The notes beneath the pieces are model-generated. The model worked only from the letters and a program-made list of their open reading frames with translations. It was not told the DNA's origin and did not search any database. Below, piece after piece: positions 47,904-59,916 of a stretch of DNA of 64,000 nucleotides (positions within the stretch are counted from its first letter, which is position 1; every line of letters starts with the position of its first letter). The stretch comes from Pelomyxa schiedti (lineage: Eukaryota > Protista > Evosea). Location of the stretch: the NCBI GenBank assembly GCA_020536535.1, contig JAHLWZ010000123.1:1-64000 (forward strand), given 5' to 3'. The position numbers were made by a program, and so were the translations under genes.

Positions 47904-49438
47904 ATGGATCTTTCGGCGTTGTCGGGGGTTCGTGGGAAGTTAAAACCTACGCGAACGGTTGTAAAGACGTTGGCTCAAGTGAATGAGGAATGTGGTAGTT
48001 CTGAGTGTGATGAACGCAGCAGCGTGGTGATGAAGAAGCGCGATTATGTGATGTCTTGGGTTGATGTCAACATCGAAAACTGGCTGAACTTGCTCAACAT
48101 TGTGGGTCGTGTTTTGCCGTTTGGTTGGTTCTTGTTGAATTTGGTTTTGGGCTTTGCTTGCTGGTTTGGTGCATGCGTTGATTTATTAGTTATTGACTGG
48201 GGGCTTGCAATTTTGTTTTGCTGGTGCGGCAATTGCGGTTTTGTGCGTTGTTGCGTACAGGAAACAGGAACGAAGTTGACTTTCGAAACGGAACTTGTTA
48301 CTGTTTCTAAGTTGGAAGCCACAGCTTTTGTAGATATGGAGGTACTTAGGAAAAGGCCCTGTGAGACAAATAGGGACGCACAATATACTAAGATAAGGTC
48401 AAATGCTCTGCAATCCCCCCCTTTTTTTAGTGATTGTCATCCCAGAAACCGGCTCTCTAGAATAGAGAATGCGGTGGATGCCTCTATTATAAGGTTCGGA
48501 GGAGAGGCGTTTGTAAAAACTAGCAGCAGGAGCCCCAAAGATGCCGTAGAGGCGAATGGGAAATTAGCCGCAATGCTCAGCATAATTCCTAAACTGAACT
48601 GTGCTCCCCCGAGTCCAGGCAATCCCGAAGCAAAACAGGAATACCTACGGCTGATAAATGCTCATGCATCCAGTATTCTAGACTCGGTTTGTCTCGCTTG
48701 ATCTTTCATGGAGAAAAAAACCACTCAACATCTACACAGGCATTCAAAAGTATGAAAGTAACATCCGGAAAAGAAGCACTTGACCTTTTAATCAATAGCC
48801 AACGAGTATGCGAAGATATGAGCGAGTCACTGGATATCGCGTCAGTTTTTCAGCAGAGTGTGGTTATAAGGAAATGGTACCGAGATCTACGATGGGAGAT
48901 GGAAGTACGCGCGTTTGTGAGATCCGGCGAGATCGTGGCAATGTCACAGTACTGCCACGTGCTGTGCGTAGCACCGCTAGTACAACTGAGATTTAAGATC
49001 CAATCTGCCATCTTGGAGTTCTGGGCGACGAGATGCAGGCCCCAATTGGCCGCTCAATTCCCCAATTGCGTAGTTGACTTTGGTTTCGTGGACTCTGCCG
49101 CCGCCATCACCGCCACCAATTGCGCCAATTGCTCGGTGGGAGATCTTGTCGCCTCGCTCGTTGTCATTGAAATCAACCCGTGGCACCAGACAACAGACCC
49201 GTGCCTCTTCAAGTGGGCGCCGCCACCACCACATCAACCGGCAACTGCCGACACGCCGGCAGATCGACTGCTACCGACTTTGGTGAGTGGCGTTGATACT
49301 ACTGAGGACTCGTCATCAGCCACAGCACCATCGTTGAGGGTGCTGTTTGAGCCTGAAGTCTCTCGTCTGATCCCTGTCGTATCTCGTTTCGAGTCGTTTT
49401 TCCCCAGTGGCACATTGGACGCCCTCAAGCGATTCTGA
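47904..49438 (+). CDS. Cdc123/D123-like ATP-grasp protein, multi-exon
   Basis: AFVKTSSRSPKDA; LLINSQRVCED; EMEVRAFV..IVAMSQY; VVDF; IEINPW..TDPCLFKW. Confidence 0.85.
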
Positions 49439-49550
49439 GGTCGATCGGCTGGCAAAGAGGGAAAAAAAAAAGAAAAAAGTTCGTCGGCGAAGAGATGAAA
49501 TTTTATCGAGAAACGAAAAAAAAAATCAAAGAAGGCGGAGGTGCCGCGGT

Positions 49551-52500
49551 ATGTCGGGTGACGAGAAGTCGCCAAATGAACAGCGACCGAAAGAAACCGA
49601 CCCATCAGCAGGCGTAGGGAAATGCGACGACCGAGAAACGATGTCAATCGGGGCAGATTCACCGGAGGAAAATATCACCACCAAACCGAGTGACGTCGCG
49701 CACGAAGATCTGCCGTCATCAGAACGCACCGTAAATTCAGTCGCGGCGGACGGCGGTAGTCAACAGCAACAAAATCAGCAACATAAGCAGCGGAGTGAGC
49801 CAATCTCAAAGTTGCGGCGCAAAGTCGCGATCGCGAAGCGGCTCGTTGCCGACGAAGTTAGATCTTCGCGGCAGTCGGAGTTTCGGGAGATGGCATTTTT
49901 GCACGACGGTGGCTGCATTCTCAAATTTGACAGAAATCGCGAAGTCACTGTGCAGCGCGTGATGCGAGCGGCAAATTCCATATTGCAGCAGGCACAAGAT
50001 CCCAATCGTGCGCATCAAGATAGCAGAATCACCCACAGCGACTCTGATGAGGACAGTGATGATGAGGAGGAGGAAGTATCGGGAAGAAAGGGTAAAAGCC
50101 TTGATGCAAAGAGCCGATATTACGAAATCAGTGAGGATGATGAAGAAAATGACCATGGTGCAGAAAGTGATGAAAATGGGGATGAGAGTGATTCAGAAGA
50201 AGAGAAAAAGATACACAAACACAGTCACGTAAGGACCGAAGGTGGAAAAGTGCGGGAGAAAGATGGTAAACGGAAGGAACCTGTTGTGGATAAAAACCGG
50301 CACTGGAAGTTGAAAGCGCCCCTGAGGAAACTTGTTGACGTGGTTGCTGTAAAGAGGGAGAAAAAGGATTCTACAAGGAGAGATCGGAGGCAGACAGGGA
50401 AAAAAGTGAACCAGAAATTGATCAAGTCTAGCATTGGCAAGCACTCACTTGACTTTGACTCTCCAAGTGAAAGTGATACCACTAGCCACACAAGTGACAT
50501 CAGTAGCAACAGTGATAGCGATACCAGTAGCCGTAGCAGCAGTAGCAGCACCAGCAGTGACAGTAGTAGAGCTTATAGGGGCCGCCATACTCAAGCAAAG
50601 AAAAAGGGTGGCAGGGATAGAGGAGGGGATACAGATAATAGCGATGATCGCAGCTCAACGAGCAGTGGTGGAGAAAGCAGTTCCAGTAGCAGTTATGATG
50701 AACATCCCAATAAAAAAAAAAGTACAAACAAGCATCCTGCCACTGCCAAAACAACGAATATGAAGTCCCCAAGTAAAAAAGGAGTAAGAGATGTTGACAA
50801 CAACCAAAATACCCCTCTCCACCCCAAGAAGGCGAGTTTGCATTCAAAGGCTTCGGTGGTTGCACCAGATCCTCCCAGCGAAGCTTGTGTGCCATGGCCA
50901 GCTGACCTTGTCGAAGCTGCAGCATCGGAGACAGATCCAATTTTTGCTGCTCCCAACATCTTGAAAACTAGTGTACCCTTTGCTTCCTCTGAAGAGAAGG
51001 AGAAGGGTGGTGACTCACATTGGAAGGTCAGTGTGAAGGTTAGCCTTGATGGCATTTGTTGGGATAGCAAGGCCAAAAATGACTCTCCGTGTGTGATTAG
51101 TGACGACGATGTCATTTTTCAGGATACCAACTCTCCGTCAGTAGTTTTGGATGAAATTGAAACAACTGGTAATGAACTCTTTTCCACCCTTTCTCTTGAG
51201 CAACCTGAAGAAGCTGTGTCTCCTCCTGTACCATCTTTATCACCGGGGACATCACCATCATCTTCACCACCCACGTCTCCACCTCCTCCAGATACACACA
51301 TCCTGAAACATTCGCCTGCACTAAACCCAACAGTCCCTGATGCACCTATTGCAGAGAGAGCGCCGATGCATGACGCTCCAGTAGGACTTCAAATACATGA
51401 GCAACTCCCATCTCCTCCGCAACAATTGAGCCCCCTGCCACCACCAAAATCAACTTCCCCACAGTTACAGGCTTCTCCTCAGTCACCATACCCCCCTTCG
51501 CCAGAGTGCATTGAACAGAAATTACATACCCTGGAACCAAATGCTCCTTCGATAATCTCCACCAGCGCTCCAGTACCCACTTCTAGAATATTTAACCCAG
51601 TTGTACTTGTCAATGAGCAACAACGTTCTCCCTTCACCACAATTCAAACACTGATACAACCTAAAACACCTCCAAAAGACTCACATTGGAGACCGATCCA
51701 ACCTCAAGTGTCATGCTTGCAATCACGTCACGAGCCACTGTCGTCATCGCTTCCAGTTCCGCATTCATTGTGCCTTCCTAGATCTTCACCAAAGCCCAGT
51801 CAACCCAGTCCACTGCGTTTTCCCTTCGTACTCCCTAAAAAGCAGTCTCAGGTTATGTCACAGTCAACACCTCAACCAACACCCCAACCGATCCCTCAAC
51901 CAGTTTCTCAACCTACACACAAACTGTCTCTCTTGGAGAAGCTGAGCGCAACTCTGACACCTTCAGTACCAATAGGTGCTCCTCAAGCAAGTCCTCAATC
52001 CAGTCCCTCGTTGAAACTTCGTTTGCATGTACCTCAAGCTCCCGAACTTCCTAAATTCCCACAACTGCCTGTCAGTTTACCATCGATTTCACCAACGGAA
52101 TCCTCTTCCCAACCTCTTTCATCCCCTCTGACAGTAGTCCCTCCACGCGAAAGTAACAAGTCCCACAAGCATATCCATGCAGCGAGTACAAGCAAACACT
52201 CACACACCCGCTCCAGTAAGCACAAAAAAGTCCATCACACGAAAAGTGTCAACAAGGAAATAGCACTTGACAGTACAATAATATCTTCCATTGGGTTGCA
52301 TGACAGTGGGTCGGATTTGGTACCAACAATCACTCCTCCACCGCTGCCTCTGGTTGGAGTACAAGATTCAGGGGTTCCACCAATTCTACCCCTTCATGCA
52401 GCACTTTTGTCTATTTTGACACCAGTGTTGACACCACCTCCACCAATTAGCACCACATCATTTCCTTCAACAGTTCCCTCCCTGACACCAGACCCATCAC

Positions 52501-55500
52501 TTCAAATTCCAACTCCTGTTTCACACAAGGAATGTTCCACGGTCAGCAGTACCACCTCGCCACCTCTTTCACCTTCGTCACCAAATGCCCTTCTTCTCTC
52601 TCCCACTGTGGGTCAAGTGTCTGCAGAAGCTGCTGGAGAGGAACGTACTCTACAAAGAATTAATGAACTCAAGCGGCAAGGTTTATGGGGCTCGGCGCGC
52701 ACACCTAAAGCTGTAGAACCTCCCAAGAAGCACACGTTATGGGACTCAGTCTTGACGGCAATTTCATCTGCTGCCAAAGATTCCAGAGCAAGGAGAAAGG
52801 AAGGGTTGGCTAACGCAAAAAAAGTTGCCAAGCTGATGGAGAAACATGTTAAAAACGAGAAATCGAAAGTTGTTCGAGCTGAGAAAGAGCAAGAACAACA
52901 ATTGAAAAAGGTTGCATCAAAAATGGCAAGGATGGTGAAAATCTTCTGGGGAGAAATGGAGAAAGTTGTCATGTACAAACACAAAGCTAGAATCAATGAA
53001 AGAAAATCTGAAGCAATGAACAAGCACTTGGATTTTGTTGTTGGGCAGACAGAAAGACTCTCACAACTTTTAGCACAGGTTTTCTCTCCTTCCTTCTGTA
53101 ACTGCAACGAGTTTTACAATGAAAGTACTATTACCTGTTTAAAAAGCAATAAAAAATTAAAAAAAATTGCTTCCTTATTTATTGGCAACAGCCCACCACC
53201 TAACAGGATTTAACTCACGTTGAGTCGGACAAGTCTCACGAATCAAGAACAACTGCAACCAACCCACAACCAGAACTTCAGGAAAATAACAACGAACTTT
53301 TGCCAAGTTCCATCTCCAGCATGGATAGGGAAGAAAGTCACCAAGATACACCTCCTGAATCTTCATCACTTGCACCACCTTCTTGCAGCAGCCCCAGCAC
53401 GAGTACAACGAGTACCACTGCAACCACGAGCAGTGGAAAAAAGCTAATTGAACAAACAGCTGCACTTGCCTCATCTGCCCAACCTACGGGCATAACACTA
53501 ACCACCACGCAAGTAAAAACTCCTGTACCTTTCTTACTGAAGCACACTCTCCGGGAGTACCAACACATAGGGCTCAACTGGCTTGTTGCAATGTATGAGA
53601 AACGCCTTAATGGTACCATACTCCTCTTTCACTCTTCACCTCCACTTACACTTTTGTTCTTCAGGTATCCTAGCAGATGAAATGGGTCTGGGAAAAACTA
53701 TCATGACCATCTCCCTGTTGGCCCACATAGCCTGTGAAAAAGGGATATGGGGTCCACATCTCATAATCGTGCCCTCGAGCACAATGCTTAACTGGGAATT
53801 GGAGCTGAAGAAATGGTGCCCTGCATTCAAGGTTCTTACGTACTATGGATCCCAAAAGGAACGAAAGAACAAAAGACAAGGTTGGTCAAAGCAAAATGCA
53901 TTCCATGTGTGCATTTCTTCATACAAATTGGTCACGCAGGACCATTCAATGTTCAGGCGGAAGCAGTGGGTGTACATGATACTTGATGAAGCTCAAAACA
54001 TCAAAAATTTCCGCTCACAGCGCTGGCAGACACTGCTCAATTTCAACACACGACGGAGATTGCTTCTCACCGGCACACCACTGCAGAACAGCCTCATCGA
54101 ATTGTGGTCTTTGATGCACTTCCTTATGCCTGACATCTTCCAGTCACATAAGGAGTTCCGGGAGTGGTTTGTAAACCCTGTCAATAACATGATGGAGGAA
54201 TCCAGTGTCAACGACGAACTAATTGCACGTCTCCATGGAGTTCTGCGTCCTTTTTTGCTCAGAAGGATGAAGAAAGATGTGGAAAAGCAATTGCCTCGTA
54301 AATTTCAGCATATCGTCCCGTGCACCCTTTCTCGGAGGCAACAGTTTCTCTATGACGAGTTCATCGAAAGTTCTACAACGCAGGGAACACTCACCAGCGG
54401 TTCCTTTTTTGGCATTATGAATGTTTTGATGCAACTACGAAAAGTCTGCAACCATCCCGACTTATTCGAGCCGCGGAGTGTAGACTCATCCTTCTGCCTC
54501 GAGCCTCTGTGCTTCCGCCTACCAGCTCTGGTGACGCAACTAACTGAAGAAAACTGCGGCGTAAGAAATTCTGGACTGCCTCTCCTTGATGGAATGACCC
54601 TCCCCGCTCTTGAACTGTCTGGCAAGTCCGTGGTTCCTATGCTGCTCTCCACCAGCAGTGCTGCTGATAGCGACGTTCTTCCGTTCATACATATCCCTAT
54701 TACCAAGGGAATCCACGATTCCCAGCAGGATAGTGCTTTGAATAAGTGGATCCCTCTCCCACAAGTGAGGCCCTCTCCATTGTCTTCTTCATATTTTGCA
54801 CATCTGTGCTCTCTGCGGTCTTGTATTACACAGCCGATATTTGGGGCAACATTGGTCAAGTCTTTACAATGCCTTACACCCGCTGACCTGCTCTTTCACC
54901 CCCCAGCACAACAGCAAATTCCACCACTTGTGACCAACCTTCCAGAACACATAAAAGCTTGCCTGTCGAGATTCTCGCGTTGGTGTTGTGTCATCCCCCC
55001 TGTATGCACCAAGCAACCTCAAATACACATTTCCCATGAAGTACCATCACACAGCACGAAACAAGAGCACGCCGAGCTACATGCACTTCATTTGTTGGAA
55101 AATTCTTCATTGACTACAATATTTCACCCATTTGCTCAGCGATCAAGGATGATATTCCCAGATAAATGGTTGCTGCAGTATGACTGTGGGAAGCTGCGAG
55201 CTCTTTCCGTCCTTCTACACAGTCTGAAGCGAGATGGACACAAGGCATTGATTTTTACTCAAATGACCAAGATGCTTGATATTCTGGAAGCTTTTGTGAA
55301 CCTTCACAGTTATACCTATGTTCGTTTGGATGGCGCAACCAAAATAGAGCGCAGGCAGTTGCTTGTGGAGCAGTTCAATCGGAACCCAAAGATTTTCCTT
55401 TTCCTCCTCTCGACTCGCAGTGGTGGCTTTGGTGTCAATTTGACCGGCGCTGACACTGTTATATTTTATGACACGGACTGGAATCCAGCCATGGATGCTC

Positions 55501-57072
55501 AAGCACAAGACAGATGTCACAGGATTGGTCAAACCCGCGAAGTTCACATTTACCGGCTTGTGACACAGTACACAATCGAAGAGAACATCCTGCGGAAAGC
55601 TCGACAAAAGAAAACACTGTCTCGAATCGTGATAAAAGATGGTGGGTTCAACACTCAATTTTTCGAAGACCTGGATCTGAGTTCTCTTCTAAAGACGCAA
55701 AAGTAATTTTGGGCTTCCCTTTCCCATATAATGAGTCGGCTCACTTCTACCAAGTAATTCAGAAACAGAAAGAGTTGTTATCCCTGCCCCATCCAGCACT
55801 GAACTTGAAGCAGCTTTTTCAAAAGTAGAAGAAGAAGAAGACATGCGAGGTAAGTGTTGTCCATTTACAACCCAATCTTTTATTTTAACCCTGTTATATA
55901 GCGCTCAAGCAAGTACAAAAAGAGCAAGCCTCGGAGCTAGAAGAGTTTATCGAAGGACCTGCTGTAGAGGTGATTCCCTTCCTCTGGGGTGAAATAAGCC
56001 TCAACAAGCATTTAGGAGTCCCAGGATACCCCTGCTGAAGCTGGTGAAGAGCATGAAGATCCAGGTCTAGCTCCACCGCAACCTAAAAGATCCCGTCCAA
56101 ATGCATCTTCTCACCTAAGAGGTGTTAAACCTGTTTCTCTGCCACCAACCACAAGCACGATTTCAATATCACTCCCTCCTCAGCTTCCCATCACATCCAC
56201 TTCGGCCCCTGACGAGGATGTTGTTGCCGAAATTGAAGCATTGAGATCTCCCCCTGCACCTACATCTCTGGATGAGGAGTTGTCAATTTTGCAGCGTTAC
56301 GCAGTGCACTACTTAGAAAAAGTCATTGTGCTTGTAGACGAGAAATCGGCAGATCGCGCCGTTCAACTGACAGGTTCGTTTCCTTCCTTCATTTAATGCT
56401 GCCTCTCAGTCCCAAACAGAGGAGGAGTTGCAGCGGCAAGACAAGCAACTCGAGTTGTCAACACTTAAGCGGTTGCACAACGAGTTCAGTGACGAAGACG
56501 ACACCCCTAAATCCCGGAAGCGGCCACGTAAAAGCTGCAACAGCAAAGCTTCAGGGAAGAAAGCTACAACTAAGCAACGCAATGGAGGCGACGATTCTGC
56601 GGAAGACGACGATGTTCCTGGTACCAACAACCTCAGTGAAAAATCCAGTGATGACAGCGGAAATGAATCATCCGCCGCATCCGCATCCACATCACACACA
56701 AAAACCACGTCGCGAAAACGCAAGAAACCGAGAACAGACGACGAAAGTTCACCAGATTCTCCTGCCTCAACACCAACTTCCACCACACCACCTCCACCAC
56801 CTCAAAGTGAAGGCAGTACGCCGCGCAAACACGGCCCGGAACCACCACAATCCCCGAACTTCCCACCACCAATACCACAAAGCAAGTACAAGCCTAAACG
56901 GAAGAAAGCAGCCACAAAGAAGGGCAAGAAGAAACGGGATCCCAGTCAAACCAAAGGCAAACGTGGTAGACCGAAGGGCAGTTTCAAGAAAACAAGTCAT
57001 CACGCAAAGCCAAAAGAAGATACCGGCCCAACAAATCCTCCACCAGCACCATCACCCAATTCCCAAACATAA
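49551..57072 (+). CDS. SWR1: SWR1/SRCAP/Domino-type Snf2 chromatin remodeler (HSA domain, split ATPase, C-terminal AT-hook)
   Basis: HSA (EPPKKHTLWD...HLDFVVGQTE); LREYQHIGLNWL; ILADEMGLGKT; LDEAQNIKNFRSQRWQ; LLTGTPLQN; long insertion; YDCGKL; WNPAMDAQAQDRCHRIGQTR; KRGRPKG. Confidence 0.95.
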
Positions 57073-57213
57073 TAAGAATCAGTATTACGGAACATAACTT
57101 ATACGCGAAAAAAGCCTCCCACAAGAGAACGTGGGTTGTAAAGGAAAAAAAAGGGTAGCTTTTCTAAGAGCATCTTAAACTCTCTTCAGTTTGAAAGCTT
57201 AGTAGCTTTTTCA

Positions 57214-58392
57214 TCACCAAGAAAATCCCCAGCCGACTACCTTTTCAGGCAGCATTGGAGGCTCTGAGGGTATAATGGTAAGGATAAGAGTGCCGGTGTG
57301 GGGGTCAATGATGCGGATTTCCGTGGCTACACTGACAATAAGAAACCCGGCTGCAGTTGTCAAACTGGCTCCCGGAGTTACAGGGATAGAACAATAACGA
57401 ATGGGGGGATCTGCTAAGTTCCACACCTGGCAAATGTCCGGATTGTCCGGAGAGATGAATGCGTAGTGTGAGGCGTCCACTTCCCACAAATGCGAGAGTG
57501 TGTGGCCCAAAGGCTTCAATGTCTGCTCCGCCGTACCGGGGTTATCCACGCTGTTTATAAGGCCTAATCCCGCGATTTCCACAAGAGGTGTCTGGTTGAG
57601 CCAAATGACCCTGTAGCCCGCCCCCTTCATCGCCCGGAGTGTAACTTTATTCAGAACCACCAGAACTTTTGTGTTATATGACTGCTCTACATCCACCAGC
57701 ATGAATGTAATAACTTTGTCTTTCCAGGCACTGATTCCAAGTTCATTTCTAGCAAAGAACCTGATCACATCCAAATCGAACGAATCCCCGTCGGTATCAA
57801 CATGGCACACAGATGCCGGAGCCAACACCCTTTTGCCTCCACCACCTTCTGTTTCCGCAACTTTCCATATGAACAATTCTGTGTCAGAACATTGCACCAA
57901 CCAGTCTTCGTTGGAAGCAACCCCAAACGGCACCCCACACCATCCCATAAGCTTGTGCACCGGAGTTTTTTCGCCCCCCGGAAGACTCATCAGTTGCATT
58001 TCCATGTCGCCTCCCCACAAGTTGGCCTCGTCGTTTCCCCCACTCTGCACCACGCACGTCCGCGAGTCGACCCACGAGAGGGCCTCGGGGCACGCCGCGG
58101 GGCCCCGCGCGACCCCCAGCGTGGAGCGGGACACCCCGAGGAAGCAGGAGCCCGCGAGGCCGCAGGTGTGCTGCGTCCGCTGCCGGTACCACGCGACCGC
58201 GACCCCCGCGGGCCCGGGGCGCCCCAGGAGCCACTGCGTCACCAGGTCGCGCAGGGCCGCGGGAGGCAGCAGCCTCGCGGGGCTGCGGGCGCCGCACCGC
58301 GGGTGGCTGCTGCAAAGCAGCGCCGAGGCCTGCTGCTTCCAGTCCAGTCCCGTCGTGGTTGAGAAACGTGACGTTCTGTCGGTGCTCCTCAT
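57214..58392 (-). CDS. Hypothetical protein, second 'HPRCGAxSP' family member
   Basis: QQASALLCSSHPRCGARSPAR; shares the later motifs (S)NxxWxx(C) and LVDxxQS...LVVL with 39704-41191. Confidence 0.75.
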   Translation of the reverse strand: MRSTDRTSRFSTTTGLDWKQQASALLCSSHPRCGARSPARLLPPAALRDLVTQWLLGRPGPAGVAVAWYRQRTQHTCGLAGSCFLGVSRSTLGVARGPAACPEALSWVDSRTCVVQSGGNDEANLWGGDMEMQLMSLPGGEKTPVHKLMGWCGVPFGVASNEDWLVQCSDTELFIWKVAETEGGGGKRVLAPASVCHVDTDGDSFDLDVIRFFARNELGISAWKDKVITFMLVDVEQSYNTKVLVVLNKVTLRAMKGAGYRVIWLNQTPLVEIAGLGLINSVDNPGTAEQTLKPLGHTLSHLWEVDASHYAFISPDNPDICQVWNLADPPIRYCSIPVTPGASLTTAAGFLIVSVATEIRIIDPHTGTLILTIIPSEPPMLPEKVVGWGFSW

Positions 58393-58691
58393 TGCCCTTT
58401 TGTGGCTTACGCGAATTGTGGGGTTGTGAGGAAGTAAAAAGACGAAAATAATCAACAGAACGGAACGCCTAAATTTTCTCAGGAAGGGGCTGGTGTTTTT
58501 TTTAGAGCCCGCTCACAGGTTTCGAGTTAGACAAGGAATTCCGGGAGGCGATTTAATATGGCGTGCAGGATTCGGAATTATTCAGCACACTGAGCAGGCA
58601 ACACAACACCCAAAAAACCACCAAATGAACATGTTTTTTCTTGACAGTCTCCAAAATGATGAATCTATGGCACAAAATCAACTCCTTTTTT

Positions 58692-59222
58692 AAAGTGGGG
58701 ATGTGGGCACTAGAGGACTCCTCAGTCACATGCATTTTCTTGTTGGTGGTGCTCATTTGGAACAGGAGGCCACCTTCCACAAAGGCACCAGAAGATGTGG
58801 AACCCGGCAGGGATCTCCCTCTCCTCACACTGGTTTTGTTGTGTCATTTATGTAGATCACCTCGCACGTCGTATGTATCCTCTAGCAAACCAGATACACA
58901 TAACTGTGACCGGTTGAGTGGTGATAACAAACACAAATTAGGTTGTGATGAAGTTGGTAGCTGTAATGTGTGCATTTGCCCTGTGTCCTCTTGGACAATG
59001 ATACCTTGGAACAGTGTTCTGAGCAAGGTCCAATTCCGGCACTTGGGTTCGTCAAATAGTGACGTCTCCAACAGGAAGTTTTAGTTAGCACCGACAACAT
59101 TGGTGTCCACCACCTCATTTCATGTGAGGGTGTCTGCAGAGCCATGCAAACCCCAAAGGCCACAACCACGTCTCATATGCACCAAAACACAAAGTAAAAT
59201 CTTGAATGCCCCAGAACCAGCC
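58692..59222 (-). pseudogene. Degraded inverted paralog of the gene at 39704-41191
   Basis: About 100 nt (58692-58798) nearly identical to 41008-41116 (TSSGAFVEGGLLFQMSTTNKKMHVTEESS). Further similarity (FGVCM..MRWW; SPLNxSQxCVSGL) is split over three frames, with a large internal deletion. Confidence 0.85.
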
Positions 59223-59599
59223 CAAGCGGCTTGGCCGAGTGTGTAGTATCTATTGTGAGTAAATTGTGGGTATACTCAAGAGCGGGAGTTCGGTGCGGGT
59301 GACAACACCCAGGTTACACTCGAGAAGTTTATTTGCCATCCTCACACGTCATAGTAAAACAACAGGTCCTGGAGCAGTTACCAAGTTGGTACAACTCGCC
59401 CAACACAAAACACACTTCCTGCCAGCAGAAACTGATGAAACGAAAAACAAAAAACAAAAAGCAGGCCGCGGCCAGGAAACGCACACCCCAACACCAACTC
59501 AAACCCAGCAAGCAAGCAAGCAAGCAAGCAAGCAAAAGCAGCCAAATCAATGAATTGGGGGAGATGTGGAGGTGGCTGGGGGTTTTGCAAGTTGCCGTT

Positions 59600-59916
59600 C
59601 CCAGCCCAATCAGCAACAGCTTTCGATCGAAAAAGCTGCGGCCGCGGCCAAGAACAACAACAAAGCACTCCCAGTCAGGCTCCACACTATGTTGGGAGTG
59701 GGGGAGTGTTTCCCCAGCCCAATCAGCAACAGCTTTCGATCGAAAAAGCTGCGGCCGCGGCCAAGGAACACCCACACACCCCACAACATATCCCCCAAAG
59801 CACTGAACTCTCTCCAACTGTCCCAGTTTCCACCAGAAGAATTATTGCCGAGATGGTGCTGTTCCCAGCCCAATCAGCAACAGCTCTTTTGGAAAAGAGC
59901 TGCGGCCGCGGCAAAG
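59600..59916. repeat. Three spaced 53-nt direct repeats with an internal palindrome
   Basis: cccagcccaatcagcaacagctttcgatcgaaaaagctgcggccgcggccaag at 59600-59652 and 59713-59765 (identical); variant copy at 59864-59916. Confidence 0.9.

Noticed and set aside
59600-59916. CRISPR array
   Set aside because: Only three 53-nt repeats, unequal long spacers (60 and 98 nt), no cas genes and a eukaryotic context.
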